Shown in pieces: positions 59,812 through 64,000 of a stretch of 64,000 nt of DNA. The position numbers were made by a program, and so were the translations under genes. The stretch covers positions 192,001 through 256,000 of the forward strand of contig CAVRBU010000004.1 of assembly GCA_963719315.1 (NCBI GenBank), read 5' to 3'. The first letter of the stretch is position 1. The number at the start of each line of letters is the position of its first letter. Under the pieces are notes generated by a model. The model was not told the DNA's origin, did not search any database, and worked only from the letters and a program-made list of their open reading frames with translations. The DNA is from an uncultured Planctomycetota bacterium (GTDB lineage: Bacteria > Planctomycetota > Planctomycetia > Pirellulales > Lacipirellulaceae).

Positions 59812-62078
59812 ATGACGAGCGACGCAATCGACGCAAACTCGCCATTGGCGCTGATCGCAACGGCGGCGGCCGGCACCGAGGCGGTTGTCAAACGCGAGCT
59901 CGTGGCACTCGGCTACACCGCTCGAACCGTAACGCCGGGACGCCTACTGTTTCGGGGTGACGCGTCTGCCGTCTGCCGAACCAATCTCTGGCTCCGCGCC
60001 GGCGAACGTGTGTTGATTCAGATCGGCACCTTCCCTGCAACCGATTTTGGCGCACTTTTCGATGGCACGGCCGCTTTCCCGTGGGAACAATGGCTCCCGC
60101 GCGATGCGGAGTTCCCCGTAAACGGCCGATCGCATCATTCGCTACTATCCAGCGTGCCGGCCTGCCAGAAAATCGTGAAAAAAGCGATCGTTGAGCGGCT
60201 ACGAAAGGCCTACCAAACCGAGACCTTACCGGAAACTGGTCCCCGATGCGCTGTTGAAATCAGCCTGCGCGACGACGTTGCATCGCTAACGCTCGATACG
60301 ACGGGCGTCGGCTTGCACAAGCGCGGCTATCGCCGACTGGTCGGCGAAGCCCAATTGCGCGAAACGCTGGCCTCCGTCTTGGTGCAGCTTAGTTATTGGC
60401 GCCCGGGCGCGTACTGGCTGATCCATTTTGCGGCACGGGGACGATTCCAATCGAAGCCGCCCTCATTGGCCGCAACATCGCGCCTGGCCTGTGCCGCGAT
60501 TTTGCCGCGGAGAATTGGCCGACGTTCGATGCAATTTTGTGGCAGCAAGCACGGCAGGAAGCAAGCGACCTCATTCGCCCGCCACTTGAAGAACGGTTGC
60601 TGGGCTACGACATCGATCCCGACGTGCTGAGCCTCGCCCGATATCACGCCGAACAAGCAGGCGTGGCCGAGGACATTCACTGGCAGCATCGCCCGTTCAG
60701 CGAATTGCGGGCCAAGGCTGAATACGGCTGCATCATTACCAACCCGCCCTATGGCGAACGGATGGGCGTTGATCCCGAGATCACGCAGCTCTATCGCACG
60801 TTTCCACTCGTGCTGCGGCGGCTGCCGACCTGGTCGCACTATATTTTGTCATCCCGGCCCGATCTGGAGGATCTTGTCGGGCAGCCGGCCGACCGCCGAC
60901 GAAAGCTCTACAACGGGCCGATTGAGTGTACTTATTACCAATTTCACGGACCTCGGCCGCCGCGGATCGGTGAACGTGCTATCCCTGAATCGCTGCCGGT
61001 TACAAGCAGCGACGAACTACAGGATGACGTCATCGCCACACACGATGTTGAACCGACGGAACTCCAATCGTTGCCCGCTCCGCCTCGAAGGCGAGTTACC
61101 GCAGCCCCGGCCTTCGGTGGGTTGCAATCAGCGGCAACGCGGCAGGCCGAGGAGTTCGCAAATCGCTTGCGCAACCGTGCGCGACACCTCCGCCGTTGGC
61201 CGAAACGCGAGATTACGTGCTATCGATTGTACGAGCGCGACGTGCCCGACGTGCCGTTGGTCGTAGATCGTTACGAAAACGCGCTGCACATTGCTGAATT
61301 CGCCCGGCCGCACGATCGGTCGGCGGCCCAACATGCGGATTGGCTCGATTTGATGGCCCGCACTGCTTCGCAAGTGCTCGAGATTCCGCGGAACTTGGTG
61401 TTCCTAAAGCATCGCGACCTCCAGCGCGGGGCGGAGCAGTATCAGCGAGTCGATGATCGTGCGGCCCGCTTTGTCGTCCACGAAGGCGGGTTGAAATTCA
61501 TCGTCAATTTGTCGGACTACGTGGACACCGGCCTGTTTCTCGATCACCGCCTCACGCGCCAAATGGTTCGCAACGCCGCGACGGACAAACGGTGTTTGAA
61601 TTTGTTTGGCTACACCGGTTCGTTCAGCGTGTACGCGGCCGCTGGCGGCGCGACAACGACGACCACCGTAGACAAGTCAGCGACCTACATCGATTGGGCC
61701 CGAGAAAACCTGAAGCTCAATGGGTTCACCGATCCTCCGCACCGCCTCATACGCAGCGACATTCGCGAGTTTCTTGAAACCCTGTCGCCACGCGATACGT
61801 GGGATTTGGCCGCGGTAGACCCGCCCACGTTTTCGAACACGAAGGGTTTTGAAGATGATTGGGACGTACAGCAGCACCACGGGCGCCTGCTGCAGCGGCT
61901 CGCCCCGCACATGGTCCCCGGCGGCATGGTGTTCTTCAGTACCAACTTCCGACGATTCAAGTTAATCGAGCCGGCGCTGAGCGACTACAAGATCCGCGAC
62001 GTCACGCGGCAAACGATTCCCGAGGATTTCCGCAATGAGCGAATTCACATGTGCTGGCAGCTTACGCGAAAGACCTAA
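59812..62078 (+). CDS. rlmKL: Bifunctional 23S rRNA methyltransferase RlmKL (frameshift near 60407)
   Basis: THUMP region, GLHKRGYR, LRETLA, DPFCGTGTIPIEAA, NPPYGER; second MTase domain YRLYERD, DTGLFLDHR, NLFGYTG, DPPTFSN. Confidence 0.93.
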
Positions 62079-62083
62079 TAAGA

Positions 62084-62100
62084 GGTGACTGGGGTCGAGC
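62084..62100. repeat. REP-like partial arm (copy 4)
   Basis: GGTGACTGGGGTCGAGC just after the rlmKL stop, facing a convergent gene. Confidence 0.5.
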
Positions 62101-62210
62101 CAAAGACGAGTAGACGAGCGGCCACGATAACACGGCGAGAGAATTGTCCGGCAAATGTCTAAGCAACACGTCATTGGCAATCACGCCCCACGCTAAGAAA
62201 AGTGAGCCGC

Positions 62211-64000
62211 TCACTCGCTTCGTTCCAAAACTACCACCCAATCGTCGGACTTGATCGAACTTGGCTTGCTTAGCACGCAATTTGCTGACATGTCCGCTTT
62301 CACCGACCCCAATTCGATCGTCTCGCCAGTTGTTGGGTCGAACGCGGCCGCGCGATAAGTCGCCTTCGCTTTCAGTTGTTGCATCTGCACAGTCCAAGTC
62401 TCAGGCACATAGATTATGCGGACTTTCGCGGGAATGCCAGTCGTAAATGGACCGTAGGGAGTGCCAGCAACAAATGAGCCCCACGGGCTCCGGCCGTAGG
62501 AGCCCAGGTCTTTCGCTTCGATCCATTGCGAATCGTCGAATTCTTCGGCGGTCCATTGCCAATCGTTCGACACCTTCTGGGCGGTGCGCCACGTCGCGTC
62601 GGATGGAATCACCCGAGCGGCCTCGCCTGCTGTTTCAACATGGAGGCTCGCCAACAATCCAGCCGGATTCGCGGCGACGGGGGCTGGCAAGTTCTCGACC
62701 ATCACTGCCAGCACATTTCGCCCCGGTTTTAATTTCGCCGAGATGTCGATCTTGGCGAACGTACCGGTGCCGGTATGCTCGCGAATCAGATCCCCATTGA
62801 CGTAGACGGTGAACCGGTCGTCGGCCGAAATCCACAGCGTGCCGCGCCGCGGCTGCTTCGCGTTCGACAACTCGAACGTTTTGCGAAAATATCGGGGCGC
62901 AACGGGCGCGTCGGTCGTCGGGTCGCCTTCCGGATACCAGATCCAATGGCCCCACGCCGGCTGTTGTCTCGTTGCGCTTTCTTCATAAACTGCCCAATCG
63001 GGATGCGGTGCGAATTTCTGCCATTCGAATCGCTCGAACAATTTCTTGCCGAGGCCAACCTGGCGTGAACCGGGCAGGTTCATCGCCTCATTCCAGGGGA
63101 TTTTGCCGTAGCCCACGCCGCCGTTGTGGTGGGGCGAGGGGCCGTGCGGTTCGCCGGGGCGGTTGCATTGCCAGATTCCGTTGGCGCCGTAAGTATGCCC
63201 GGCCGCCCCGTTCGTCAGGCAAAGCCAGAACATTTGCCGCGTCCACTTCGTGGGCAAACTGTCGCCCAGCATTTCGTAGGCGGCTTCGCCGTCGATCACG
63301 GGCATCGTAGGCCTGTCAGCGTACGACTCCTGCATGGTGCGGATAGTAGGCTCGACCGCTTCGCGCTGGCCGTGCGGTGTTTGCAGCAGGTCGATATCGA
63401 GTAGCGCCGGATCGTCCGTGGCATGACGCGCCGAAAGCCGGCCAATCCCCGTCGGGTGAATCGTCAGTAGCCGATGAAACGGGTCCGTCGCCCGAATGTA
63501 CCGCATGACTTCCGTCCATTCGGTGACCTGTTTGCGATCGTCGTACGGAAATCCTTTGGCCAGGTACCACGGCAGATTCGCTTCACCGGCCGCACACCAC
63601 ACCACCGGCAGCGCACCGTACCGCGCGATGAGATACCGCCAGTGTTGTTTCGCTTTCTCGACTCCCATCCAGGGCATGAAATATCCCCACGCACCAACGA
63701 TACACGGCGCGAAACCTTCGTCCGCGAGGTACTCGAGTCGTCGATCGGCCATGTCGAAATACTCCGGTCGAATGCGGGCGTAACCCGCTTCCCACGGGTA
63801 GCCCGCTTCGTTCGCTCCGCGCGGATCGAATGGGTGCATGTCCGGATACAGGCCCGCAACGATCTGAATGACGTTGAAACCCTTTTCTTTGCGATCGGCG
63901 GCCAAAGTGGCGAATTCATTGGGCCAATGCAGCCGGTGACAAAGCCCCATCCACCAGGTATCGGCCAGCCAAAAGAACGGCGTGCCGTCGGCGTGTTCCA
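62211..64000 (-). CDS. DUF4038 (apiosidase/GH140-like) protein with an inserted beta-sandwich domain; 5' end lies outside the window
   Basis: DGTPFFWLADTWW, DRKEKGFNVIQ, YLIARYGA, DGEAAYE, AGHTYGANGIW; inserted WIWYPEG...YFRKTF...SADD...VNG; C-terminal FDPTTG...DWVVVL. Confidence 0.85.
   Translation of the reverse strand, partial: EHADGTPFFWLADTWWMGLCHRLHWPNEFATLAADRKEKGFNVIQIVAGLYPDMHPFDPRGANEAGYPWEAGYARIRPEYFDMADRRLEYLADEGFAPCIVGAWGYFMPWMGVEKAKQHWRYLIARYGALPVVWCAAGEANLPWYLAKGFPYDDRKQVTEWTEVMRYIRATDPFHRLLTIHPTGIGRLSARHATDDPALLDIDLLQTPHGQREAVEPTIRTMQESYADRPTMPVIDGEAAYEMLGDSLPTKWTRQMFWLCLTNGAAGHTYGANGIWQCNRPGEPHGPSPHHNGGVGYGKIPWNEAMNLPGSRQVGLGKKLFERFEWQKFAPHPDWAVYEESATRQQPAWGHWIWYPEGDPTTDAPVAPRYFRKTFELSNAKQPRRGTLWISADDRFTVYVNGDLIREHTGTGTFAKIDISAKLKPGRNVLAVMVENLPAPVAANPAGLLASLHVETAGEAARVIPSDATWRTAQKVSNDWQWTAEEFDDSQWIEAKDLGSYGRSPWGSFVAGTPYGPFTTGIPAKVRIIYVPETWTVQMQQLKAKATYRAAAFDPTTGETIELGSVKADMSANCVLSKPSSIKSDDWVVVLERSE

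Noticed and set aside
14043..62078. Widespread pseudogenisation or programmed frameshifting in hrpB, ggt, rlmKL and others
   Set aside because: Both halves of each gene are intact, the lesions are isolated and lack slippery runs, so assembly indels are more likely.
1..64000. CRISPR array, tRNA or rRNA genes
   Set aside because: No regularly spaced repeat-spacer array, cloverleaf or rRNA-like sequence was recognised; intergenic gaps are mostly short.

Overview
A GC-rich (roughly 60% by eye) bacterial window, most likely Planctomycetota (Pirellulales/Lacipirellulaceae-like). The lineage call rests on two DUF1549/DUF1553 + DUF1501 pairs, a PVC-type CxxCH dehydrogenase, an SHD1 protein and a PEP-CTERM protein. 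The first 11.8 kb is a coherent methylated-amine / phospholipid head-group catabolic cluster: ETF-beta, two FAD oxidoreductases without a folate domain, a non-canonical Fae, an OPA-family MFS + eutBC, a secreted phosphatase/phosphodiesterase and a GbcA-like Rieske oxygenase. A complete IS5 sits inside this cluster and a complete IS630 lies just after it. The rest holds hrpB, two ABC systems, ggt, a beta-CASP nuclease, a Cys-motif-rich secreted gene pair, a heparinase-like lyase + DUF5009, GT2 + DUF4922, DUF819 + NlpC/P60, a desaturase, a lactonase, rlmKL and a DUF4038 protein. Eleven single-site frameshifts (in ten otherwise intact genes) look like long-read assembly indels; nine fall on TGCGC/GCGCA, which may be a DNA-modification footprint. 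No rRNA, tRNA or CRISPR array was seen. All family calls come from motif recognition by eye; no database search was run.
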